Part shown: positions 9,148 through 16,918 of the stretch, in pieces
Position numbering within the stretch: the first letter of the stretch is position 1
Layout of the letters: each line of letters opens with the position of its first letter
Assembly (NCBI RefSeq): GCF_000146505.1
Contig: NC_017448.1
Coordinates: 2,850,001-2,882,000 of the forward strand
Source of the DNA: Fibrobacter succinogenes subsp. succinogenes S85
GTDB lineage: Bacteria; Fibrobacterota; Fibrobacteria; Fibrobacterales; Fibrobacteraceae
Reading direction: 5' to 3'
DNA length: 32,000 nt
Notes under the pieces: generated by a model
Seen by the model: the letters and a program-made list of their open reading frames with translations, nothing else
Told to the model about the DNA's origin: nothing
Databases searched by the model: none
Translations under genes and position numbers: made by a program

Positions 9148-10215
9148 TTAAGCGTTGAACTTTCCGAGCTTTTCCTGGGCGTTTGCCATCTGGAGACCAT
9201 TGATGATTTCATCGAGATCGCCTGTGACAACCTTGTCCAAGTTGTAAACGGTGAGACCAATGCGATGGTCCGTCACGCGGTTCTGCGGATAGTTGTAAGT
9301 GCGGATCTTGGCAGAGCGGTCACCAGTACCCACGAGGGCCTTGCGGTTTGCCGCTTCTTCCTTTTCCTTCTTGGCGATGACGGCGTCAAGAATCTTGGAA
9401 CGCAACATTTCCATAGCGTGCAAGCGGTTTTGCAACTGGCTACGTTCGGTCTGGCAGCTCACCACCACACCCGTCGGGATATGAGTCAAACGCACTGCGG
9501 AGTCCGTCTTGTTGATGTACTGACCGCCAGCGCCCGAAGAACGGTAGGTATCCATGTGGATGTCGGCTTCGCGGATTTCCACATCGACTTCTTCTGCTTC
9601 CGGGAGGATTGCGACTGTAGCTGCAGACGTATGCACACGGCCCTGCGTTTCCGTTTCCGGCACGCGTTGCACGCGGTGAACGCCACTTTCGAACTTGAGT
9701 GTTCCATAGACGCTGTCGCCTTCGATAAACACGCGGATTTCCTTGTAGCCACCCACCGTGCCTTCGCTCAAGTCCTGGATAGTCATCTTCCAGCCCATCT
9801 TGTCGCAGTAGCCGCGATACATGCGGAACAGGTCGCCCGCGAAAAGTGCGGATTCGTCGCCACCCGTACCGCCGCGAATTTCAAGCGTTGCGTTACGGTA
9901 GTCCCACGGATCCTTCGGCACCATCAAAATCTGGAGTTCGTCCGTCACTTCGGGGAGCTTCTTTTCGATCTCCGAAATTTCGGCCTTGGCCATCGCGACC
10001 ATTTCCGGGTCGGAATCGCCGAGGGCAGCCTTGTATTCGTCAAGGTCGTCCATCATCTGCAGGTATTCCTTGGCCTTCAAAACAGCCTTTTCGATACCCT
10101 TGTACTGCTTGTGAATCTTGTTGTAACGAGCCTGGTCTCCGAGAACATCCGGATTGCCGAGTTCCGATTCCAGTTCTTCGTACTTTTCAATGAGTTTTTT
10201 AGCTTTATCTTTCAT
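9148..10215 (-). CDS. prfA: Peptide chain release factor 1
   Basis: HRVQRVPETETQGRVHTSAATV (PxT-type RF1 motif) and SGAGGQYINKT (GGQ). I prefer ATG at 10215 (MKDKAKKLIEKYEEL). The track start 10311 adds 32 residues that do not look protein-like. Confidence 0.95.
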   Translation of the reverse strand: MKDKAKKLIEKYEELESELGNPDVLGDQARYNKIHKQYKGIEKAVLKAKEYLQMMDDLDEYKAALGDSDPEMVAMAKAEISEIEKKLPEVTDELQILMVPKDPWDYRNATLEIRGGTGGDESALFAGDLFRMYRGYCDKMGWKMTIQDLSEGTVGGYKEIRVFIEGDSVYGTLKFESGVHRVQRVPETETQGRVHTSAATVAILPEAEEVDVEIREADIHMDTYRSSGAGGQYINKTDSAVRLTHIPTGVVVSCQTERSQLQNRLHAMEMLRSKILDAVIAKKEKEEAANRKALVGTGDRSAKIRTYNYPQNRVTDHRIGLTVYNLDKVVTGDLDEIINGLQMANAQEKLGKFNA

Positions 10216-10382
10216 CGTGCGCAAATTTAGTAAAAGGCGAAGGCAGCGGCAAAACAACTTGTTGTTTTGACATTGCTGAGCCGAACTAAATGCGCTCCAA
10301 AGGAGCGCCAAGTAGAAAAGTGTGCAAGGCGAGTAAAGCGCGAAAATTTATTTTCGCATTTTTGAGCCGTGTCGCCATCTGT

Positions 10383-10427
10383 TTGCAAAATGAACGGCGA
10401 GATGTGCGACCCCTTTTTTTGAAATTT
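10383..10427 (+). repeat. Copy 1 of a ~45-nt intergenic element (TTGCAAAATGAAYGGCG-N6-GCGACCCCTT..TTTTTGAAA)
   Basis: Hand alignment to 13068-13113 gives about 37 of 45 positions identical. Only the central 6 nt and a few other positions differ, plus one indel in the T-run. Function unknown. Confidence 0.7.
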
Positions 10428-10455
10428 ATTCGTTTAGATCCTACAAATGGTGTAA

Positions 10456-10614
10456 AAGCCTTTGGCAGTCAGCTATGCTTGCGTTGACGTTGACGATGCG
10501 TACTTGAATGCGGTGCCGTTTTACGAGAAAAATGGATTGCGCTTCATGAATGCCGAAGACGATGATCCGCATACGCGCCTTATGTATTACGACTTGATGA
10601 ATCTAGTTGCGTGA
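10456..10614 (+). pseudogene. C-terminal remnant of a GNAT-family acetyltransferase (TacT/KacT-like tail)
   Basis: Frame +1 reads KPLAVSYACVDVDDAYLNAVPFYEKNGLRFMNAEDDDPHTRLMYYDLMNLVA*. The ..FYEKxGF..(n)..LMxxDL.. tail is typical of GNAT C-termini. There is a stop at 10453-10455 and no N-terminal two-thirds or ATG. Confidence 0.4.
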
Positions 10615-10695
10615 ATTAGAAGAATGATAGCCTCGATTTTACCGAGTTTTTTCTGTGTTCTATATCAATATTTTTGGTCAAAAACTCAAAAAAAC

Positions 10696-10723
10696 TTGAC
10701 AATGTTTCGCTTTTTTTTACATT
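10696..10723 (+). promoter_or_regulatory. Candidate sigma-70-type promoter for the 10764 gene
   Basis: TTGACA (10696-10701), 16-nt spacer, TACATT (10718-10723), about 40 nt upstream of ATG 10764. Confidence 0.35.
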
Positions 10724-10763
10724 TGAGGCCGGATTTGTTAAAACATAAACGGAACATATTGAA

Positions 10764-11729
10764 ATGAAATCAAATCTGTTTACTGGTTTTCTGTTGTCTA
10801 TTTCTTTGCTTCCTTCATTGCTTTTTGCCCAGGAAAGCGAATTCGTCGAAGATAGGAGTAATTCGCTTGTTGAATTTGTGGACGTGCAGGACCAAAAGCC
10901 TGTACTGACTACAGAAACAGATGTTAAAGAAGACGATGTGAAAAAGGTAGAGTCTTCAACGTCAATTGAAGATAAAACACCGACTCCAAGTCTTGCTGAA
11001 AAAAAGAAAAATTTGGGTGTTCATGCAAGATTGTCTTTTGCAATTCCTGTAGGTATGACTGCCGCGCCTAATGTTGATGGAAATTCTTCTGCTTTAGGAA
11101 GTTGGCATTGGCTTGGTACGAAAGATGCTTTGGGAATCGCTTTTAGTTATTATTTCAATGATAAAATGGCTTTAGTAACAGGATTTGATTTTCATTTGCT
11201 TTATTTTAAGTCTCTTGGCAAGGTTCAGCAAAATCATGTTGAATTAAATGTTGGAAACGAGTTCTCTTCAACTTATACTTATTCTATGATGGAATCAATG
11301 GAAAAAACTGTGTATTTGACAGAAAATAAAAAACGTAGTTTGCTTTATTATCAATATGCTTTACCAATTTCTTTCCGTTATCATGTTATGGGTAAAATAT
11401 GGGGACAACTGGGCTTAGAGCTTGATTACATCTCAAAAGGTAAAGATGTGTATGATGTCTCGGTTTGCAGCAGAACGTCATATTTTGTTTCTTTTGGTGT
11501 GGGTGGCTATACAGAATTTTCGGAACAACGGCAAGAAACTTCAGTTCCTGTCAGAAATGATGTGATTCCTAATTTGTTGATTTCTGCAGGAACTTCATGG
11601 CCTTTGTGGGGCTGGAATGTTGAAGCAGCTTTGTCTCTATCGTATGCGTTGAAGAAAATAGATTTTGATTATGGTATTTCTTCGAATGTGTTTACCATAG
11701 GTTTGGATGTTTATCTTTGGTTTATTTAA
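10764..11729 (+). CDS. Secreted protein, probable outer-membrane beta-barrel
   Basis: Signal peptide MKSNLFTGFLLSISLLPSLLFAQE, then an acidic/Lys-rich linker. The remainder has an alternating-hydrophobic, Gly/Tyr-rich pattern and an aromatic C-terminus (DVYLWFI). AT-rich coding sequence. Confidence 0.65.
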   Translation: MKSNLFTGFLLSISLLPSLLFAQESEFVEDRSNSLVEFVDVQDQKPVLTTETDVKEDDVKKVESSTSIEDKTPTPSLAEKKKNLGVHARLSFAIPVGMTAAPNVDGNSSALGSWHWLGTKDALGIAFSYYFNDKMALVTGFDFHLLYFKSLGKVQQNHVELNVGNEFSSTYTYSMMESMEKTVYLTENKKRSLLYYQYALPISFRYHVMGKIWGQLGLELDYISKGKDVYDVSVCSRTSYFVSFGVGGYTEFSEQRQETSVPVRNDVIPNLLISAGTSWPLWGWNVEAALSLSYALKKIDFDYGISSNVFTIGLDVYLWFI

Positions 11730-11744
11730 AATAAGGAATAAAAA

Positions 11745-12134
11745 ATGAGAAAAATTAATATTCTCTTTGCCGTTATGGCTGCTTTTTTCTTGGCTTCTTG
11801 TGCATCAATTAAGCCAAATTCGCCCGCTTCTGGTCCGACAATCCCAATAACCCCATTGAAAATAAAAAAGATGACGCCTGTTACATATCAGTACGAATCT
11901 GCTAATATTGGATGTTCTGAAATTGGTTTTTTGAACAAATTTGTCGGTAAAATGATAAAGCTTGGGGATGGAAGTGTTATATACGTAGATAACATTTTGG
12001 ATATCCATACTGAAAAGTATTCGTCGCAAAGGTTTTTTGATGTAGGTCTTTTTGGCATGTTGCCATCTTTTGCTTTGACTGATGAAAAATACAATTGCAA
12101 TTTCTGGGGCTTGGCTGTAGAATACGAGAAGTAG
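11745..12134 (+). CDS. Small lipoprotein, unknown function
   Basis: MRKINILFAVMAAFFLASC lipobox. 129 aa. Starts 15 nt after the upstream stop with a GGAATAAAAA-ATG context. Confidence 0.6.
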   Translation: MRKINILFAVMAAFFLASCASIKPNSPASGPTIPITPLKIKKMTPVTYQYESANIGCSEIGFLNKFVGKMIKLGDGSVIYVDNILDIHTEKYSSQRFFDVGLFGMLPSFALTDEKYNCNFWGLAVEYEK

Positions 12135-12143
12135 TGATTGCTT

Positions 12144-13000
12144 ATGTTTAGACAAATCTTACTAGGGCTAACGATATTTGCTTCATTTGTTTTTGCTTCG
12201 TATAGTTTGTATCCTGTACCGGCGGCAAATAGTGGTGAAATTAAGATTGCTCCTAGCTTTTTGATGGTAGATGGAGTTGCTGACAGCAAACATAAGCAGT
12301 ATGGTGTTGCTTTAAAAACACGAATTGTTCCTGCTACAAATTTGGAGCTTTTTTTAGTGTTCCGTTTGTTGTTGCTAGTTCGTCTTACGATGAGTGCTTG
12401 GAAGCTTTAGCTCCGTACGATGATGGTTCGAGGGATCCTTCTTTTTATTGTATGGAAAAAGGTTTTTATACAGGTGCTCAAAATTTGAGTGCTGGAGTCC
12501 GCTTTCAGGCTCTTCCCAATGTCGCTCTTTTTGCGGAGATGACTGCACCGACTGGCAAAGAGAGTATTTCCAGCCAAGTTTTTGAACTTTTTTTGGGTGG
12601 TCAGTATTCTACAAAATTTGGCCCTTTAGAATTAGGAACAGAATTGGGGCTTGTTTACCTCACAGAAAACGATGAAAAGAATTGGGCCGAAAAGCAAGGC
12701 CCGATGCAAATAGCTGTTGCGTTTGAATTGAATTATTCAGTAATTCCAATTGTATTACCCTATATTGGAGGTATGGTTAATGTGGTTCTGACTAATCCTG
12801 AGTTTAGGTCTGGAGCTGTAGGTCCAGAAACCCAAGGCCTTGTTGGATTTTTCCCATATTTAGGTGCTGGCTTTATTATTTCAGATTTGTTTTCTGTAGA
12901 TTTAAAAACAATCTTTAGTATAGGTGATGATTATACGGAACTATTTGGTGGAAAAGGGCGTCTGGTAATTGAATTGTCCTTCATTGCTCATTGGCATTAA
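12144..13000 (+). pseudogene. Outer-membrane beta-barrel-like protein split by a frameshift at a T7 tract (track ORFs 12138..12410 and 12398..13000)
   Basis: The first ORF carries the signal peptide (MFRQILLGLTIFASFVFA). The second has no plausible start (TTG) and is open upstream back to 12296. One extra T in 12349-12355 fuses them into ..ATNLELFFSVPFVVASSSYDECLEALAPYDDG.. (~285 aa) ending in SFIAHWH. Confidence 0.6.
12349..12355 (+). repeat. T7 homopolymer at the frameshift point
   Basis: The sequence gagcTTTTTTTagtg was read directly. Frame 0 and frame 2 overlap exactly here. Confidence 0.9.
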
Positions 13001-13067
13001 AGCGAAACGCTAGCTCTCATTGTGCTCGCTTTTTTGAATTTTTTTTTCGCTTCTTGCTAACAGTTGA

Positions 13068-13113
13068 TTGCAAAATGAATGGCGTGCAGCGCGACCCCTT
13101 GTTTTTGAAAATT
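13068..13113 (+). repeat. Copy 2 of the ~45-nt intergenic element
   Basis: ttgcaaaatgaatggcgtgcagcgcgaccccttgtttttgaaaatt, 15 nt upstream of ATG 13128. See copy 1. Confidence 0.7.
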
Positions 13114-13127
13114 GAACATTTTATATT

Positions 13128-13355
13128 ATGAAAACCATGGCTAGACCCATTCGTGAAACTCCGATTCTCTTTGGCGAAGATGCTCGTCGCTTTCGTGAGG
13201 CGATGCAGAATGTAAAACCGGAACCTCCTGAAGTTCGAGCCCGCATTTTGCGGGATTACGAGCTAATGAAAAAGGCTTACGAACGTGGTATGGCTGATCA
13301 GCGTGCTCGAGAAGACGCCAATGGAGGTGTTGATCCGTGGTTCAAAAAGGTATAA
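13128..13355 (+). CDS. Small charged hypothetical protein (75 aa), possibly antitoxin-like
   Basis: MKTMARPIRETPILFGEDARRFREAM... is highly charged and looks helical. It is followed by a strong terminator. No partner gene is present. Confidence 0.5.
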   Translation: MKTMARPIRETPILFGEDARRFREAMQNVKPEPPEVRARILRDYELMKKAYERGMADQRAREDANGGVDPWFKKV

Positions 13356-13401
13356 ATAGTAACTATTCATCTCCCCTTAAATAACGTAAAACTCTTGACC
13401 G

Positions 13402-13429
13402 GCCAGCCTTTTGCGGGCTGGCTTTTTTT
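13402..13429 (+). terminator. Rho-independent terminator
   Basis: GCCAGCC-ttttgcg-GGCTGGC followed by TTTTTTT (13423-13429). Confidence 0.75.
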
Positions 13430-13485
13430 ATATTAATATTCTATGGCGCCGGGTTATTTATTCGTGCGTTAAAAAGGAGCTAGAG

Positions 13486-14466
13486 ATGAAGTTAGGATTT
13501 ATTGCAGGAGTTGCCGTTGCTTTGAGCTTAGGCTTGTTTGGGTGCGACGGAAACACAGTGGCCGAAGCCGATGTTGAATATGATGATGTCGCCCAGGGTG
13601 GTACAGAAAATCCGTCCAATGGTACACGGACTTCATCAAACTCAAAGGTTGCTTCTTCGAGCTCTCGTGCATCGATGAATGTTGTCGAAAGTTCTTCTGC
13701 AAAATCGTTGTCAAGTTCTAGCGAAGGTCCCGTTGAAACGTTAAGTTGGATTAGCACAACGTACAAGACAGCGAGAGTGGTTGCCGAAAACGCAGATAAG
13801 CTAAAGTGCGATGATGTCAAGAATACGGATGATTTAAGTGGCTACGAAGTGGCGTATGAATTCAATAATCCTAACGATTTAGGGCGCGACTATATTGGAA
13901 ATAATAATGCGTATATTGAAGACAATGTGCCTCCAGTGTCTGCTGCGTGTGGGAATATTATTTTCAACGGAGAAAATGGCCTGCTTATACCGTTGAACGA
14001 TACTTTTAATAGTAAAGGCTTTGTAATCGAAGTCCGTTTCATGCCTACCGAACCGGGGATTATGGGCAATATCTTCGTGGCCGAACCTCCTGGAAGCGGT
14101 GTCGATGGTTGGCAGGTACGTCTAGATGGCTCTGATGTCGTTTTCCACATGCGCGATACAAGTATTCGAAGCTCTTGGGAAACTCCTAAAATTGGTACGG
14201 TGTCGATGAACGAATGGCATGTCGTCCGTGTTAAAGTTTTCCCGGTGAAGTCGGCTGTGACCGGAAAAACGGTGTATTCGATGAATGCCTCCCTGGATGG
14301 TGTAACAACTGTCGTGACGCAGCTGTCTGAGCGTATCAATATTGATGTTGACAGATATGGTCTTGGCATTGGCTATGATTCAATGCATCAGTCTTTGCAT
14401 GCCGACCGATTCTTTACCGGAAAAATTGATTACATCCGGTATGGAAGGATTGCAGAAAAGAATTAA
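13486..14466 (+). CDS. LamG-like (concanavalin A-type jelly-roll) domain lipoprotein
   Basis: I prefer ATG 13486 (AAGGAG 7 nt upstream): MKLGFIAGVAVALSLGLFGC lipobox. A Ser-rich linker follows. C-terminal NEWHVVRVKV...DRFFTGKIDYIRYG resembles Laminin_G_3. Confidence 0.7.
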   Translation: MKLGFIAGVAVALSLGLFGCDGNTVAEADVEYDDVAQGGTENPSNGTRTSSNSKVASSSSRASMNVVESSSAKSLSSSSEGPVETLSWISTTYKTARVVAENADKLKCDDVKNTDDLSGYEVAYEFNNPNDLGRDYIGNNNAYIEDNVPPVSAACGNIIFNGENGLLIPLNDTFNSKGFVIEVRFMPTEPGIMGNIFVAEPPGSGVDGWQVRLDGSDVVFHMRDTSIRSSWETPKIGTVSMNEWHVVRVKVFPVKSAVTGKTVYSMNASLDGVTTVVTQLSERINIDVDRYGLGIGYDSMHQSLHADRFFTGKIDYIRYGRIAEKN

Positions 14467-14471
14467 TTGCA

Positions 14472-15263
14472 ATGACGCCTATCGGTACATTCTACGGTGA
14501 TGCTGTTTACAAGTATGATGCTCCTCGCCAGGGGCGTCTTTTTGCAGGGCATCCGGGCCGTATTGAACTGCAGCCGGGAATGAATTTCGAAACGGCGCTT
14601 CGCGACTTGGATGGCTTTGAACGCATCTGGGTGATTTTCTTGTTCCACGAGAACGAGGGCTGGCGCCCGACAACGCGCCCGCCTGTACCGCCCAAGGGTA
14701 AAGACCGTGTGGGAACTTTTGCAAGCCGCAGTCCTTACCGACCAAATCCGATTGGACTTAGTTGCGTGAGGCTCCTGAAAGTCGAAGGGCTCACGTTATA
14801 CGTCGATGAAGCCGACCTGCTGAATGGAACGCCCGTACTCGATATCAAACCGTACATCCCGATGGCCGATGCCTTCCCCGATGCGAAAGCGGGCTGGGTT
14901 GAAGAGCAAGTGGGGGAGTTGTGGACGGTTGAAATGTCAGCTGAGTTTGCTGAACAAAATCGTTGGATTGCAGAGCATAGTGCATTTGATTTGGAAAGCT
15001 TTGCTCAGGTGCAACTTTCTCGCGGAAATTTTTCCAAAGATGTTTTTGACAGCTCCCGCCGTCGCTTGGCTGTTGATGAAAATTCTAAAACGGGTGTGCT
15101 TGCTTACCGCACGTTCCGCATCCACTTTAGCTATGATGAAACGGCCCGTAAGGTTTTGCTTTTGCGTGTTTCAAGCGGTTATTCCGAAGCTGATTTAGCG
15201 CCCGGTGCTGAAGATAAGTACGGTGACAAACAACTTCACCGAGACTTTATTGCGAAATTTTAA
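14472..15263 (+). CDS. trmO: tRNA (t6A37-N6)-methyltransferase TrmO/TsaA (YaeB family)
   Basis: GTFASRSPYRPNPIGLSCVRLLKVEG..LYV...DLLNGTPVLDIKPYIP is the TrmO core. It also has a ~110-aa C-terminal extension. Confidence 0.85.
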   Translation: MTPIGTFYGDAVYKYDAPRQGRLFAGHPGRIELQPGMNFETALRDLDGFERIWVIFLFHENEGWRPTTRPPVPPKGKDRVGTFASRSPYRPNPIGLSCVRLLKVEGLTLYVDEADLLNGTPVLDIKPYIPMADAFPDAKAGWVEEQVGELWTVEMSAEFAEQNRWIAEHSAFDLESFAQVQLSRGNFSKDVFDSSRRRLAVDENSKTGVLAYRTFRIHFSYDETARKVLLLRVSSGYSEADLAPGAEDKYGDKQLHRDFIAKF

Positions 15264-15373
15264 TTGTGATGTCATTCCCGCCCCCTTGTCATTCCGGACT
15301 CCGTTCCGGGAGGGATTTCCGTCTTGTTGAATTTGTTATATTTAGCTCAAACTAAACGTTTTTTATAAGAAAT

Positions 15374-16114
15374 ATGAAGAATAAACTTATTGCACTCTTT
15401 ATTTTGTGCGTTGCTGTAATTGCAAACGCTCAGTCTGTCCCTACAATCGGCAAATCCGCCCCGCGTGAACACCGTGGGTTCTACAATAGCACGTCTTTTG
15501 GCATTGCCTATAACTGGTTTGACAATAGCCTTGACGATACAGATAAATACCAAAATCGTCAGCGTCATGATGTTGAAATCTATGAGTACAATGGATATTC
15601 TTTTGCGCTCGGTGAATTCAAGTTCGGTGTCGCCATTGCTGATTTGGTTGCTTTCCATACCGTTTTTAATGTTGGGTTCTTTATGGGAACTGTGGATTAC
15701 AGCAATGAAAGGTATCAAGAATACTGCACTGAAGCCGGGTGCGTCAATATGGCTCAAATAGATGGTATAGATGATCCGACTTCTAACGATGCATACAACT
15801 TTAGAACGTATTTTGGCTTTGGTGCGACCTTCTATCCGTTTCGTGACAAGAATTCTCCGATGAACGGATTCTTTGTCGGCGCCTCGTTGGGGTATACTTT
15901 ATTTGTGGCTGTGATCAATGGTGGCAATGATAGTGCTACCGGTAATGGCGGCTTTGGCTTTGAATTGGAAGCGGGCAAGGAATGGTGGATCAATGACCAT
16001 TATGCGATTGGCTTTGGAGTTGGCTTTGCCCATAGTAGCTTGGTTTGGGAAACCGTCAAATCCCATAAGTCCGATAATGTACTGTCGCTTTCTTTCCGTA
16101 TGACGCGTGGATAA
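15374..16114 (+). CDS. Secreted beta-barrel-like protein, tandem paralog A
   Basis: Signal peptide MKNKLIALFILCVAVIANAQ. Shares PREHRG, FGFGATFYPFRDKNSPMNG, GKEWWINDHYAIG and the C-terminal SFRMTRG with the next gene. Confidence 0.65.
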   Translation: MKNKLIALFILCVAVIANAQSVPTIGKSAPREHRGFYNSTSFGIAYNWFDNSLDDTDKYQNRQRHDVEIYEYNGYSFALGEFKFGVAIADLVAFHTVFNVGFFMGTVDYSNERYQEYCTEAGCVNMAQIDGIDDPTSNDAYNFRTYFGFGATFYPFRDKNSPMNGFFVGASLGYTLFVAVINGGNDSATGNGGFGFELEAGKEWWINDHYAIGFGVGFAHSSLVWETVKSHKSDNVLSLSFRMTRG

Positions 16115-16120
16115 TTGACG

Positions 16121-16918
16121 ATGAAAATGTTTAAAGTATTAATCGTTGCATTAATTGCCGCGTCGGTGGCTTGGGCTCAAATGCCTAAAGTAAATAAGCC
16201 CGCGGTTCCTTGCGAACATCGCGGTAGCTTTTTCAGCGTTGGCCTTGGCTTATCTTATATGAGTTTGTCCAAAGATGAATATGTTTCGCATCGTAGTGAA
16301 GATGGAGATTGGGATAATCCTTCGCATAGATATGTTGTAAAAAGTGTTAAATATTGGGGACCTAAAAGACATTGGGAATTTAGCGGCGCTGAAGCTCCTT
16401 CGCTAGATTTAAGGTTTGGCGGAACAATTGGAAATGTCGTCGCCTTGTATTTTACTTTTATGGGTGGTCTTTATAGGGGTACAGCGGTACGTGAAGAAAA
16501 TAATATTGAACAATATTATCTCCCCGATGCAAATGGCAATTTGATTTTTCAGTCGGAGAATAGCAAATCTTATTACAGGCGTGAATTTGATGCGATAGCC
16601 GCTTATGGCTGGTTTGGTGTCGGTTTCTCCGTTTATCCGTTCCGCGATCCATCTTCGCCGTTGAGAGGACTTTATTTTGGATTCTCCGGTGGTCTTGATG
16701 CTTTAGGTGTTCGTGTAGAAGACAATTATGATGACGTGGCGACGGAAAGTTATTTCTTACGCTATGAAGTCGGGAAGGATTGGTGGGTGAGCGAAACGTG
16801 GTCGATTGGCGTTGCGCTCTCATTTACGAATGTTGTCGGATTTGAAGACGACTACTATGGTAGCGATGGCGGCGGCCGCAAGGCGGTTACGCTTTTGTTC
16901 CGCATAACTCGCGGATAA
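16121..16918 (+). CDS. Secreted beta-barrel-like protein, tandem paralog B
   Basis: I prefer ATG 16121 (MKMFKVLIVALIAASVAWAQ). Motifs are PCEHRG, FGVGFSVYPFRDPSSPLRG, GKDWWVSETWSIG and C-terminal LFRITRG. Confidence 0.65.
   Translation: MKMFKVLIVALIAASVAWAQMPKVNKPAVPCEHRGSFFSVGLGLSYMSLSKDEYVSHRSEDGDWDNPSHRYVVKSVKYWGPKRHWEFSGAEAPSLDLRFGGTIGNVVALYFTFMGGLYRGTAVREENNIEQYYLPDANGNLIFQSENSKSYYRREFDAIAAYGWFGVGFSVYPFRDPSSPLRGLYFGFSGGLDALGVRVEDNYDDVATESYFLRYEVGKDWWVSETWSIGVALSFTNVVGFEDDYYGSDGGGRKAVTLLFRITRG

Noticed and set aside
9148-10215. Programmed +1 frameshift as in release factor genes
   Set aside because: That feature belongs to prfB (RF2). This gene is RF1 (PxT-type motif, no SPF) and reads through in a single frame.
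9046-10230. 394-aa plus-strand ORF
   Set aside because: It is antisense to prfA, whose GGQ and RF1 motifs are unambiguous. The translation has no recognisable features.
10290-10487. 65-aa plus-strand ORF upstream of the GNAT remnant
   Set aside because: It has no RBS, runs straight through the repeat element and the prfA leader hairpin, and gives an implausible translation. I looked for GNAT motif A (GVKAFGSQL) in it but could not support that reading.
13079-13096. Sigma-54 (-24 GG / -12 GC) promoter inside the repeat element
   Set aside because: TGGCGTGCAGCGCG and its copy-1 counterpart do not place the GC/TGC at the required spacing from the GG (off by about 2 nt). The variable hexamer falls where sigma-54 promoters are conserved.
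15271-15295. Direct repeat gtcattcc (15271-15278 and 15288-15295) and weak CCGGA/TCCGG hairpin after trmO
   Set aside because: An 8-mer repeated once and a 5-bp stem without a U-run are too weak to call either a REP-like element or a terminator.
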